A stretch of DNA of 33,898 bases, from assembly GCA_963808625.1 (NCBI GenBank), contig CAWEHK010000040.1, forward strand, positions 1 through 33,898. Direction: 5' to 3'. The notes beneath the pieces were generated by a model that saw only the letters and a program-made list of their open reading frames with translations, ran no database searches and was not told where the DNA came from. Shown here piece after piece: positions 10,035 to 20,136 of this stretch (the first letter of the stretch is position 1; the number at the start of each line of letters is the position of its first letter). A program made the translations under genes and the position numbers. Origin of the DNA: an uncultured delta proteobacterium (GTDB lineage Bacteria; Desulfobacterota; Syntrophobacteria; Syntrophobacterales; Syntrophobacteraceae).

Positions 10035-13000
10035 AACGAACCCAAAGGCCCAAATCTACGAAAGACGTCGTCAACAGACAGGATGCTCGAGATAAATCAA
10101 ATCCAGATGAGAGCACAGCCTATTCCCTGGCTGATCTTCTCGATTTCGAGCAGTTGAGCCAGATCCTGGAAAATTTCTGCGATGCCGTTGGAATTGCCTC
10201 GACCATCTTTGACCTGAAAGGCAACGTATTGGCTTCCGCACGCTGGCGGAGAATCTGCAGCGATTTCCATCGGGTTGATCCCCGAACTCGTGCTCGCTGC
10301 ATGGAAAGCACCTCTGAACTCGCGGCCGATCTTCAGGAAGGCAAGCCTTTCTCGATTTACCGCTGCAAGAACGGCATGACTGACGCTGCCTCGCCCATCG
10401 TAATCGAGGGCAAACACATGGCCAATGTCTGTGTAGGGCAGTTCTTCCTGACCGAACCCGATAGGGGCTTTTTCCAAAAACAGGCGGAGGAATTCGGCTT
10501 CGATACGGCAGGTTACTTACAAGCTCTCGATCAGGTTCCCATTTTTCGCGAGGAAGAACTGCCCGCTCTTCTCGGTTTTCTAACGGGCTTCACCCAGCTG
10601 GTGACATTCCTAAGCCTTGAGCGGATTAGAGCCAGAGAAGCAGAAAAGGTTAGTGAGCGGCGCGCTGAGGATGCGGAAGAGGCCAAAGCAGAACTGACGC
10701 GTTACAAAGCGCATCTGGAAAACATTGTGGAGGAGCGAACGGCTGAACTCAGAGATTCTGAGGGGCGCATAAGCCTCATCCTCCATTCCGTGGGCGAAGG
10801 CATCTTTGGGGTGGATGCCGAAGGCCGGGTCAGTTTCATCAATGAAGCTGCTCAACAGATGCTCGGATACGTTTTCGACGAAATGCTCGGGCAGCCGGTG
10901 CACGCCTTGATCCACCACTCGCATGCCGACGGGACGCCATACCCCGGGGAGGACTGCCCAATGTTCCATTCCTTCTCCCGGGGCGAGACTACCTCCCGTG
11001 AGGACGAGGTGCTCTGGCGCAAGGACGGTTCTTCTTTTTACGCGTCCTATACAACTGTGCCCATGCGCATGGGCGATACGATCACGGGCGCGGTCGTGGT
11101 GTTCCGCGATATCACCCGACGCAAGAAAATGGAGCAGGAACTCATCGTGGCGCGGGACCGGGCGGAGGCCGCCACGCGAGCCAAGGGCGACTTCCTGGCC
11201 AACATGAGCCACGAGATTCGCACGCCCATGAACGCCATCCTGGGCATGACCCACCTGGCACTTAAGACCGATCTGACACCGAAGCAGAGAGACTACCTCA
11301 ACAAGATCCACGTTTCAGCGAACTCCCTCCTCGGCATCATCAACGACATCCTGGACTTTTCCAAGATCGAGGCAGGGAAGCTGGATATGGAATCGGTACC
11401 TTTCGACCTGGATGAAGTCATGGACAACCTGGCCACTCTGGTGAGCGTCAAAGCCCAGGAAAAGGAAGGGATCGAAGTGCTGTTCAGCACGGCTTCGAAT
11501 GTGCCCCGGTCTCTCGTGGGAGACCCCTTGAGACTGGGCCAGGTGCTGATCAACCTGGCCAACAACGCCATCAAGTTCACGGAACACGGCGAAATCGTGG
11601 TTTCAACCGAAGTGGTCAACCTGGGGGAAGAGACGACGGAAGTCAAGTTCGCGGTGAGGGACACGGGCATTGGTCTCACCGAGGAACAGCGGGCAAGGCT
11701 ATTTGAGGCCTTCAGCCAGGCCGACACCTCAACTACCCGGAAGTACGGAGGGACGGGGCTGGGGCTTACGATAAGCAAACGCGTGGTGGAAATGATGGGC
11801 GGCAAGATCTGGGTTGAGAGCACGACGGGTGTCGGGAGCACATTTTCATTTACGGCTGTTTTCGGTCTCGGCCGGGAACAGGGCGGCGCCCAACACCTTC
11901 CTCCGCCCGATCTGAGAGGCATCAGAGCGCTGGTGGTGGACGACAACCTGACCGCGCGGGAAATTTTCCGGGAGATGCTGGAGTCCTTCTCCTTCGAAGT
12001 GACCCTGGCGGCTTCGGGTGAAGAGGGGCTGGCGGAAATCACGAAATCGCTTGACGGCCGTCCCTATGACCTGGTGATCATGGATTGGAAGATGCCGGGG
12101 ATGGACGGCATCAAGGCCTCGCAGCGGATTAAGCAGGATTCGAGGCTGACTCGCGTCCCGGCCATTATTCTGGTGACGGCCTACGGCCGGGAAGAAATCA
12201 TGCAGCAGGCCGAGGCGGCCGGGCTGGACGGCTTCCTCATCAAACCGGTGAGCCCGTCGGTGATGTTCGATACCATCATGCAGGCGTTTGGCAAGGACGC
12301 CCCGAGGGAGTCGCGGCTGGGCGTTGACAAGGATCAGGCGGCGGTGGCGCTGAAGGGCCTCGCGGGCGCCCGGGTGCTGGTTGTGGAAGACAACGAGATC
12401 AACCAGCAGGTGGCGATGGAGATCCTCGCCGGTGCGGGTCTCGATGTTTCGCTCGCCAACAACGGCCAGGAAGGCGTGAATGCGGTGCTGGCGAACCGCT
12501 ACGACGCGGTTTTGATGGATGTGCAAATGCCGGTGATGGACGGTTACACCGCCACCCGCCACATCCGTCGCGACCCGCGCTTCAAAGATCTGCCCATCAT
12601 CGCCATGACCGCCCATGCCATGACGGGCGATGAGGAGAAGAGCATGGCGGCCGGCATGAACGATCACGTCACCAAACCCATCGACCCGGCGCAGCTCCTG
12701 GCAACGCTGGCAAAATGGATCGCTCCTCGGGAGCTATCTCCCGCTGAGGATCTGCACCCGGCGACGGCCCATGACAAGACCACCACCGAGCATCAGCCAG
12801 GCTCGCCAGCGCCAGCCCGGGCACGCGCCCCGACCAGCACCTCTACCAGGAACGAGCAACCATTAACCAGGAACTCCACGCCGGGAAGAGCAGCCGTTTC
12901 CGGATGCTCTTCCCGGCTTCGATCTGGCCGAAGGGCTGCAGCGCCTCCAGGGCAACAAGGCGCTCTACCAGAAACTGCTGTTGAGTTTCACCACCGGCTA

Positions 13001-13523
13001 TGAGCAGGCGGCCGATGACCTGCGCAAGGTGCTGGACGCAAACGATTATGGCCGGGCACACAGCCTGGTTCACAGCATCAAGGGAGTCGCGGGCAATTTG
13101 GCGGCGCGGGAGCTCCACGCCGCGGCATTGGGGCTGGAAAAGCTGCTTAAACACGCGGATGAGAAGAATCCGCCGCCACCGGAAAGCATCAATGAAGCAC
13201 TTACCGTCTTCGAGGAACAACTGGAGCAGGCGCTGCAAGCCGTCCGCTCCCTGCCGCTCGCAGAGGGCGGGCAAAGCCCAGCGCCACCAATTGAGCCGGT
13301 CGCAAACCTGCCGTCCGAAGTGGCCAAAGAGGCCGCCGACCGCCTGCGGGAAGCTGCCGACATGGGGGATGTGACCAGCCTCATGGCCATTGCCGATGAA
13401 TTCTTGTCGCGCTCCGCGGAATTTGCCTCCTACCATGCAAAAATTGCCCAGCTGGCCGACGACTTCGACCTCGACGGCATCCTCGCCTTGGTCAATGATC
13501 TGCTGAAAGAGCAAGGAACCTGA
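10031..13523 (+). CDS. Hybrid sensor histidine kinase PocR-PAS-HisKA-HATPase-REC-REC-Hpt (frameshift near 12885)
   Basis: PocR-like N-terminus ([25 protein letters not shown]), [30 protein letters not shown] and two receivers. The Hpt part ([13 protein letters not shown]...[10 protein letters not shown]) continues in the +1 frame to 13523. Confidence 0.88.
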
Positions 13524-13759
13524 GCGGGCAAGGCCCACCTGAAAGATGGTGCCCGCCAATTTGCCGACAAAGGTCCACGGCTACGCCCTCCTCGAAGTGA
13601 AATCCGCGGACTCCTCACTCCCCTTGCCAGACAGCGTGGTGTCTATTGGACCATGATTCAATGGTGACAAGGGGCAATATCGGTGGCCGGATCACCAACA
13701 ACCTGAAGGGACGAAGGTGCGACGTTAAGGGGCCAGCTCAGATGGTCCATCCCGCCTCG

Positions 13760-13949
13760 CCTTCCGATGAGACACAAGGAAACCTGCTATCTGAAACATG
13801 TTGCTGACTTTCCCCTTTTGGCCTATTCTTGCACCGGCGTTTGCCGTGGAAGATGGTGAACCGTCTTAACCACTTGTCGTGAGCCTGCTCGGTCTGGATT
13901 GAGTGAGGCTTTTTCGGATCTCGTCCCGTACCTGATCGAGCAATTTCAC
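13760..13949 (-). pseudogene. intI: Integron integrase N-terminal remnant (copy A)
   Basis: From GTG at 13949, with one frameshift, it reads MKLLDQVRDEIRK/PHSIQTEQAHDKWLRRFTIFHGKRR. This matches the IntI N-terminal motif LLDQVR..IR..HYS.RTEQAY..WI.RFI.FH.KRHP. The catalytic domain is absent. Confidence 0.8.
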
Positions 13950-14080
13950 CCAAGTAAAGCCGTGCCCGTATCTTTTGGAGTATTCCCATCAGCCGTGCCT
14001 GAGCTGTCAGCCATTGCTCAGTTTCTCTGTATACCATGCAAAATGTAATGGTGTCAGGAAATGGGAGAATCACCTTAGCT

Positions 14081-14137
14081 TTCTGGTTATCATCGGAAAT
14101 GGCGAGATAACCAGAACTACACAATTACTTGTTGGGT
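14081..14137 (+). other. Putative attI site region
   Basis: G^TTGGGT at 14131-14137 lies 182 bp upstream of the divergent intI start and just before the first cassette gene. It is near-complementary to the cassette's R'' GCCCAAC. An 11-bp inverted repeat lies at 14081-14091/14106-14116. Confidence 0.6.
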
Positions 14138-14168
14138 AATATTAATCAGGAGTAGAGGAAGACAAAGA

Positions 14169-15353
14169 ATGAAAATTACACAATTGGATATTGAGGGTTT
14201 CCGTTCTCTTCGAAAGGTAAGCTGGTTTCCTGGCGACCTCAATGTGATTATTGGTCCTAATGGGACTGGTAAATCAAATTTGCTACGTTTTATGGAGTTA
14301 ATTTCCATATCGTCGCAAGGCAGATTGGGGAAGTATATTCAATCGTTAGGTGGAATGGACCCGATAGTTTGGGATGGGACCGCTGCTTCCATAAAGTTTG
14401 TTCTTGAATCAACACCTGAAGGTGGGGATTTAGGCCCTGAACATTACGAGCTTGAACTGGCACGGCTTGGTCCTGGGAGTTCATATAAGGTTGAAAAAGA
14501 ACTTTTAATAAACTCTCATAAATTAAGGAGGGGGATTGAAAAGAAACCGTTTAAATTTTTAGAACGTTTTTCAAAGACTGCTGTTATCTTTGATGAAAAG
14601 GAACGGACCTTTACCACACCGGAAGAGTTTATCTCAGACGAGGAGAGCCTTCTTTCAATAACATCTGGACCATTCATTAATAATCACTTCATTCCACCAT
14701 TCCAAAGGGGACTGGCTTCTATCGCTGTTTATCATGATCTACATACCAATAAGGATGCCTCTGTTCGTCAACCTACTATTTCTCGCATGGAAAAGCGTGT
14801 TGATCCTGACGGACAAAATCTTATATCGGTCATGCACACGCTTTACACAGGCGATCGTGATTTCAAGAAAGACATAAATTCTGCCATGCAGGCTGCATTT
14901 GGCGATGATTTTGAAGAGTTAGTTTTCCCTCCTGCGTCTGACCAGAGAATTCAAATGCGGATTCGTTGGAAATCACTGAAACGAGAGCAATCGGCTGCTG
15001 AACTTTCAGATGGAACGCTCCGGTTTTTATTTTTGTTAACGGTCTTGGCAAGCCCATCACCAGCCCCAATTATCGCTATTGATGAACCCGAAACTGGTCT
15101 CCATCCATCAATGCTTCCTCTGGTTGCGGAATATGCAGTTGACGCGGCCACTAGATCTCAAGTCATTCTTACTACGCATTCTCCTCAATTCCTGGATGCT
15201 TTCGTAGGGAATAGGCCTACAACGACGGTTGCAAAATGGGAAAATGGTGAAACCATATTGCAAACATTAAAAGGGGGAGAGCTTGACTATTGGCTGAAAG
15301 AATATTCGCTGGGGTCTCTTTTTAGATCGGGTGAATTGGAGCAAATGGGATGA
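14169..15353 (+). CDS. ABC-type AAA ATPase (AAA_21/AAA_15-like), integron cassette gene
   Basis: Walker A GPNGTGKS, signature LSDGTLR, Walker B IAIDEPE, H-loop TTHSP. Visibly AT-rich. Confidence 0.9.
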   Translation: MKITQLDIEGFRSLRKVSWFPGDLNVIIGPNGTGKSNLLRFMELISISSQGRLGKYIQSLGGMDPIVWDGTAASIKFVLESTPEGGDLGPEHYELELARLGPGSSYKVEKELLINSHKLRRGIEKKPFKFLERFSKTAVIFDEKERTFTTPEEFISDEESLLSITSGPFINNHFIPPFQRGLASIAVYHDLHTNKDASVRQPTISRMEKRVDPDGQNLISVMHTLYTGDRDFKKDINSAMQAAFGDDFEELVFPPASDQRIQMRIRWKSLKREQSAAELSDGTLRFLFLLTVLASPSPAPIIAIDEPETGLHPSMLPLVAEYAVDAATRSQVILTTHSPQFLDAFVGNRPTTTVAKWENGETILQTLKGGELDYWLKEYSLGSLFRSGELEQMG

Positions 15354-16000
15354 GATTTATTCTTTTCGTCGAAGGTTATACAGAAGACAAGACATTGCCA
15401 AAATTCTTGAAAAAATGGCTTGATCCAAAATTAAATAACCCTATTGGGATCAGAACCGTTCGCTTTGAAGGATGGCCTGAGCTAGTAAAAGACGCTCCTC
15501 TAAAAGCAAAAATGCATCTGAACAGTCCATATAAAGACGATATTATTGCTGTGATTTCATTATTGGACCTTTACGGTCCGACCTTTTATCCTAATCATTT
15601 AGAAGGATGCAATGAACGTTACGAATGGGCAAAACAGTATATCGAAGAGAAGGTAAATCATCCAAAATTTTTTCAATTTTTCGCAGTTCATGAAGTTGAG
15701 GCATGGCTTCTGAGTCAACCAGATCTCTTTCCCTTGAAAGTCAAAAATGCATTCGCCAATAATATTCAAAAGCCAGAAACGGTAAACTTTGATGAGCCGC
15801 CGGCAAAATTATTGGAACGTCTTTATCCTTTGCATATAAATCGGTCATATAAAAAGGTGGTGAATGGTAAAGAACTTTTTGGAAAACTCGATCCGAACAT
15901 CGCATATCAAAAATGCCCAAAACTGAAAGAACTTCTGGATAAGATGTTGGAGTTGGCCCAACAAAAAAATGCAGCGGACGGCGAATCCGTGGGAGCGTGA
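15350..16000 (+). CDS. DUF4276-like (TOPRIM-related) protein, partner of the ATPase
   Basis: FVEGYTE, LLDLYG, HEVEAWLL, PETVNFDEPP, YKKVVNG, KCPKL. ATGA overlap with the ATPase gene. Confidence 0.8.
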   Translation: MRFILFVEGYTEDKTLPKFLKKWLDPKLNNPIGIRTVRFEGWPELVKDAPLKAKMHLNSPYKDDIIAVISLLDLYGPTFYPNHLEGCNERYEWAKQYIEEKVNHPKFFQFFAVHEVEAWLLSQPDLFPLKVKNAFANNIQKPETVNFDEPPAKLLERLYPLHINRSYKKVVNGKELFGKLDPNIAYQKCPKLKELLDKMLELAQQKNAADGESVGA

Positions 16001-16064
16001 GAGTAAGTGGTGTCCTGCTCACACTTGCCGTTACTTTGCGCCGCCGCTGATTTTGGTGTTAGCC
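15956..16064 (+). other. attC site 1 (109 bp)
   Basis: R'' GCCCAAC-AAAAA-AATGCAGCGGACGGCG ... CGCCGCCGCTGATT-TTGGT-GTTAGCC R'. The arms are complementary with two unpaired bases in the left arm. Confidence 0.85.
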
Positions 16065-16103
16065 CCACTGCTCGCGGACTGATGCCCGTTCACAGGATGT
16101 TTT

Positions 16104-16340
16104 ATGTAAGCTTTTGAGATCATCAGTGAGATAACGGGCATCGAGACCATCGCTACCGAGAGCTCGATTGATGAAATCTCACGTCTGCGAAAACATTACG
16201 GTCAGGGCCGCTGACGAAAACTCAAAGGTGTTGCTATGATTCGGCTTAGGAGCGGTCGAGTTCGCAAAGCCGAGCTTCACTGGTATGAAGCACACGGCCT
16301 TGGAAGAAAAGAGATAAAACGGAAACGCTATTTGGAATAA
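16104..16340 (+). pseudogene. Small conserved hypothetical gene (putative toxin-like first gene of cassette 2) with two nonsense codons
   Basis: Reads M*AFEIISEITGIETIA...HYGQGR*RKLKG...AELHWYEAHGLGRKEIKRKRYLE, with stops TAA at 16107-16109 and TGA at 16212-16214. Confidence 0.7.
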
Positions 16341-16359
16341 TGGAAGCAAGGATAAGAAG

Positions 16360-16605
16360 ATGAGCACGCCCAGATTTGCCATTTGCATTGACAACTCACA
16401 CTACCCAGCCTCTCTGGAGTTGCACAAAGTCTATCGTGCAGTCTTCGATGAGGATGCAGAGAGGGACGGGGATCTTCGCGTCATTGACGAGAGCGGCGAG
16501 GATTACCTTTATCCGGCAGATTACTTCCTCTTGGTCGACTTACCGCGCGATGCAGTCGCCACTCTAGACATGTCATTTACACGTAGTACGCAACAACCCG
16601 GCTAA
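16360..16605 (+). CDS. Small acidic hypothetical protein (second gene of cassette 2)
   Basis: FAICIDNSHYPASLE...RVIDESGEDYLYPADYF. The stop codon overlaps the R'' box GGCTAAC. Confidence 0.75.
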   Translation: MSTPRFAICIDNSHYPASLELHKVYRAVFDEDAERDGDLRVIDESGEDYLYPADYFLLVDLPRDAVATLDMSFTRSTQQPG

Positions 16606-16692
16606 CAAGGCCTGGAACCGAAGCCCGGGAAGCGTGGCGGCATCCTCTCTGGGAAACGGTGAAACGGGGTCGGCCCAAGATAAGTACTTGGC
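16600..16692 (+). other. Degenerate attC site 2
   Basis: GGCTAAC-AAGGC-CTGGAACCGAAGCCCG pairs partly with CGGGGTCGGCCCAAG. GGCTAAC exactly complements the GTTAGCC that opens this cassette. No intact R' box is present. Confidence 0.5.
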
Positions 16693-16897
16693 ACAACCGC
16701 AATTGTTCTTCCGTAACTCGCGATAAGTCCCTGAAATTACAGGACCAGTTTTCCCAAAATGCGCTCATTTTGTGGCACATAGCGGGTGCCACCACCAATC
16801 GAAAGGTTGAACGGCATCGGACTATGATGATTTCCTAACCTGCCACTTCTTTGCTTGAGGGTCTTGGAAGGCTCGTCCCGAGTGGGAGAAACCAAGG

Positions 16898-17050
16898 CTT
16901 CCGGCGCCAAGTCGCCCAGGAAGATTTCGCACCCTCCGCTGCCATCATGCGCGCCTGAGCTGCGCCGAGGCCGCCTGATGCACCACTGATCAGCGCCACC
17001 TTGCCGTTAAGTCGATTTGCCATGTGAGTGCCTCCCTTGCTGGATTGAAG
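16898..17050 (-). pseudogene. Duplicated 5' fragment (with RBS) of the SDR gene
   Basis: Near-identical to 22206-22359; encodes MANRLNGKVALISGASGGLGAAQARMMAAEGAK. Confidence 0.85.
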
Positions 17051-17092
17051 AAGAATAGGCAACCGGTAGCCTCGGATGCTGCCTGCCTTCCA

Positions 17093-17322
17093 GCCTTCCG
17101 ATGAGATACAAGGTAATCTGCTGTCTGAAACCTGTTGCTGACTTTCCCCCTTTGGCGTATCCTGGTGCCGGTGCTTGTTGTGGAGGATGGTGAACCGTTT
17201 TAACCACTTGTGTGAGCCTTCCCGCTCCGGATGGAGTGAGGCTTTTTCGATTTCGTCCCGTAGCTGATCGCGCACCTTCACCCTGGTACAGCCGTGTCCG
17301 TATCTTTTGGAGAGGACTCATG
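17093..17322 (-). pseudogene. intI: Integron integrase N-terminal remnant (copy B)
   Basis: Aligns with 13760-13990. From GTG at 17281 it reads MKVRDQLRDEIEK...HKWLKRFTILHNKHRH. Confidence 0.75.
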
Positions 17323-17468
17323 ACAGGGTCATGGGTCCGCAATGTTGCCGCCATCCTATCGGCCGGATTTAGCGCAGAGAACCGTGGAATCGTCACAAGA
17401 GGCGGGAATGCGCCCATCTTCTCTACAATCCAGCAAATGGAAATCACTCGAATGGGATCGGAGGGTCT

Positions 17469-18053
17469 ATGAAAAGATTATTCATGGTGGTGGTTGGGTT
17501 GATGTCCCTGATGAATCTTGGCGGGTGCGGCTACAATACCATGCAGGCAAACGAAGAAGCGGTCTTTGCTGCGTGGGGGGATGTGGAAGCCGCCTATCAG
17601 CGCCGGGCTGACCTGATTCCAAACCTGGTTGAAGTGGTCAAAGGGTATGCAAAGCATGAAGCCGACACCCTGACGGCCGTAACGGAAGCTCGTGCCAAGG
17701 TGGGTTCCGTGCAAGTTTCCAGGGAGATGCTCGGCAACCCCGAGGCCTTCACCAAGTTCCAGCAGGCCCAGTCGGAGTTGTCGGGAGCCCTGTCACGCCT
17801 GATGGTGGTGGTGGAGCGCTATCCCGACCTGAAGGCCAATCAGAACTTCCTGGACCTTCAAAATCAGTTGGAAGGGACCGAAAACAGGATCAATGTGGCC
17901 CGAGTGCGTTATAACAAGGTGGTGCAAGAGTTTAACACCAGCATCCGGATCTTTCCCAATTCCTTGACCAATTCCATACTCCTGCACCTTACCCGCAAAG
18001 AACCGTTCAAGGCCGACGAGGGAGCCAAAACGGCACCGCAGGTTAAGTTTTGA
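17469..18053 (+). CDS. lemA: LemA family protein
   Basis: [43 protein letters not shown]. Confidence 0.95.
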   Translation: MKRLFMVVVGLMSLMNLGGCGYNTMQANEEAVFAAWGDVEAAYQRRADLIPNLVEVVKGYAKHEADTLTAVTEARAKVGSVQVSREMLGNPEAFTKFQQAQSELSGALSRLMVVVERYPDLKANQNFLDLQNQLEGTENRINVARVRYNKVVQEFNTSIRIFPNSLTNSILLHLTRKEPFKADEGAKTAPQVKF

Positions 18054-18067
18054 GGTCTACAAACCCC

Positions 18068-18949
18068 ATGAAACGGCTTAGCCTCATAGTGATCTTGTTG
18101 CTTCTGCCCTGGGCGGGGTATTGCCTGGATGTTCCGCAGTTGCGCGGCCGCGTCAATGATTATGCGCAAATGCTGACGCCCCAGGCGGTCGCTAACATCG
18201 ATGCGAGTCTGGCGGCATTCGAGCAGGCCGAATCCACTCAGGTTGTGGTTCTGACGATTCCCAGCCTTGCCGGCGAGACTCTGGAGGAGTTTTCCATAAA
18301 GCTCGCCGAAGCATGGAAGATCGGGCACAAAGGACTGGACAACGGGGTGATTGTGCTCATTGCAAAACAGGAGCGCAAGATCCGGATCGAAGTGGGACGG
18401 GGGCTGGAAGGGAAGCTCACCGATCTCATCTCCGGCCGGATCATCCGGAATGAAATGGCGCCCCGATTCAAGCAGGGAGACACTGAGGGCGGCATCATCG
18501 CAGGCACCTCTGCCATCATGGCTGCCGTCAAGGGTGAATACCAGGACAAGGCAGGCGATGTCAAAGAACAAGCAACGAATAAACCCCGCATCGTCGACCT
18601 CCTTATCTTCCTGGTGGCCGGGTGTCTCGGGATGGGGGCCATGTCCAAGATCCTGGGAGCGCTTCTTGGCACGGTTGGCCTGCCGGCCATCATTCACCTC
18701 TCCTATCCTGGTTTTACCTATCCTGTGCTTGCCCTGTTTGGCATCGCGGGTTTCGCCGGGGCATTGCTGCTTGCCGAGATTGGCAATCTGTTGCGCGCCG
18801 GCGGTGGCCGGGGCGGTGGCCGCCCTGGAGGCCGGGAGCTCTACCTTGGCGGCGGTTCCGGAGGCTATGGCGGATTCTCGGGCGGCGGTAGCAGTTTTGG
18901 TGGCGGCGGCGGTGATTTTGGCGGCGGCGGGGCATCGGGAGGCTGGTAG
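18068..18949 (+). CDS. TPM-domain (YgcG-like) protein with a Gly-rich tail
   Basis: Signal peptide, GRVNDYA, WKIGHKGLDNGV, RIEVGRGLEG and C-terminal GGGGDFGGGGASGGW. Confidence 0.92.
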   Translation: MKRLSLIVILLLLPWAGYCLDVPQLRGRVNDYAQMLTPQAVANIDASLAAFEQAESTQVVVLTIPSLAGETLEEFSIKLAEAWKIGHKGLDNGVIVLIAKQERKIRIEVGRGLEGKLTDLISGRIIRNEMAPRFKQGDTEGGIIAGTSAIMAAVKGEYQDKAGDVKEQATNKPRIVDLLIFLVAGCLGMGAMSKILGALLGTVGLPAIIHLSYPGFTYPVLALFGIAGFAGALLLAEIGNLLRAGGGRGGGRPGGRELYLGGGSGGYGGFSGGGSSFGGGGGDFGGGGASGGW

Positions 18950-18969
18950 CAGGAGGCTTTGCGGCAGAT

Positions 18970-19719
18970 ATGAGACCCAGAAGGACTTCAGATTTCTTCA
19001 GTGAGTCCGAGAAGGCTGAAATCAACAAGGCTATCCACGCGGCCGAACGAAGCACCTCGGGAGAAATTGTCGTCATCGCGGTCGAGGAGAGCGATCCTTA
19101 TCCCGACGCAACGATCGTTGGGCCGCTCTTGCTTTCCGGATTTGTTGCCCTCGTGATCTCCATTCTCATCGGAGTCGTGGACCATGCCTCCGATTGGGGT
19201 CACCTCCCGAACACCGCGATGCACTTTTGGGAATTGGCTCCTGAGATCGTTGGCCACATCACCATCTGGTCCTATCTTCCCATGCTGTTTGTCGGCTTTG
19301 GGCTCTTTTGGGGTCTTTGCAAGATGTACCCCCGTTTGAAGCTGGCATTCCTTGGAAGAACAAGGATAGAGACGACCGTGCGTCAAAGAGCGGTACGGGC
19401 CTTTTTTGAAAAGGGCCTTTACCGGACAAAAGATGAAACGGGTGTCCTCATTTTCATTTCCCTTATGGAACGCAAAGTCTGGATTCTTGGTGACCGGGGG
19501 ATCAATGAGAAAATACCCGAGGATTTTTGGAGGGCACTCGCCACAGAACTGGCTTCCGGGATCAAGGAGAACCGGGCCTATGAAGCGTTGCGCTCCGTCG
19601 TTGCCAGGTGCGGCCAAGAGCTCCAGAAAAGCTTCCCGATCAAAGCAGATGATGTCGATGAACTGCCGGATGAGGTGATGACTGACGGCGACCCGGATCT
19701 ACCGACGAACCGAGGCTGA
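18970..19719 (+). CDS. TPM-domain membrane protein (third gene of the lemA operon)
   Basis: AERSTSGEIVV, TGVLIFISLMERKVWILGDRGIN, ELPD. Confidence 0.9.
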   Translation: MRPRRTSDFFSESEKAEINKAIHAAERSTSGEIVVIAVEESDPYPDATIVGPLLLSGFVALVISILIGVVDHASDWGHLPNTAMHFWELAPEIVGHITIWSYLPMLFVGFGLFWGLCKMYPRLKLAFLGRTRIETTVRQRAVRAFFEKGLYRTKDETGVLIFISLMERKVWILGDRGINEKIPEDFWRALATELASGIKENRAYEALRSVVARCGQELQKSFPIKADDVDELPDEVMTDGDPDLPTNRG

Positions 19720-19782
19720 GCACCACTCATGAGAAAAGAGGTCAGTCTCCGGGGTGCCGCCGACCTCGCTTGTCGTCATCCC

Positions 19783-20025
19783 ATTACTTTATCAACATGA
19801 GGCTCCGCACCGGGAAGAAGGTAATGAGCGCCAGGGTCACCAGGAGGATGGCAATGAACGGAAGGGAGGTATCGTAAAAATAAATCACCGACTTCTCGAA
19901 TCGCAGGCTGGCGATGAGGAGGTCCATCCCGATCGGCGGCAGGGAGTAGCCGATGTGGAGATTCGTGAGAAAAATGATGCCCAGATGCAGCAGGTTGACA
20001 TCATAGCTTTTGGCAATTGGAACAA
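19783..20025 (-). pseudogene. Duplicated 3' fragment of the TRAP large permease gene
   Basis: Near-identical to 24423-24665 (VPIAKSYDVNLLHLGIIFLTNL...SLMLIK). Confidence 0.88.
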
Positions 20026-20136
20026 ATGGAAATGGCCTTACTAAGACCGGAGGTCGAGAGGGCATGTCAGAGCTGTAAGAGGCCAAAATAGTTCCGTCCG
20101 AAGCCGAACGGTCGAACGGTGTCATGGCAGAAATAT

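Noticed and set aside
16212..16214. TGA recoding (Trp/Sec) suggested by the same in-frame TGA in both cassette copies
   Set aside because: TGA is an ordinary stop in many genes here and copy 1 also has a TAA. Shared inheritance of one mutation is simpler.
16835..17281. 148-aa ORF as a novel integrase-dehydrogenase fusion protein
   Set aside because: It is a chance in-frame join of two degraded duplicated fragments, and both domains are incomplete.
20041..20130. attC preceding the DUF4258 cassette
   Set aside because: There is no intact AAC/GTT box pair or convincing arm complementarity.
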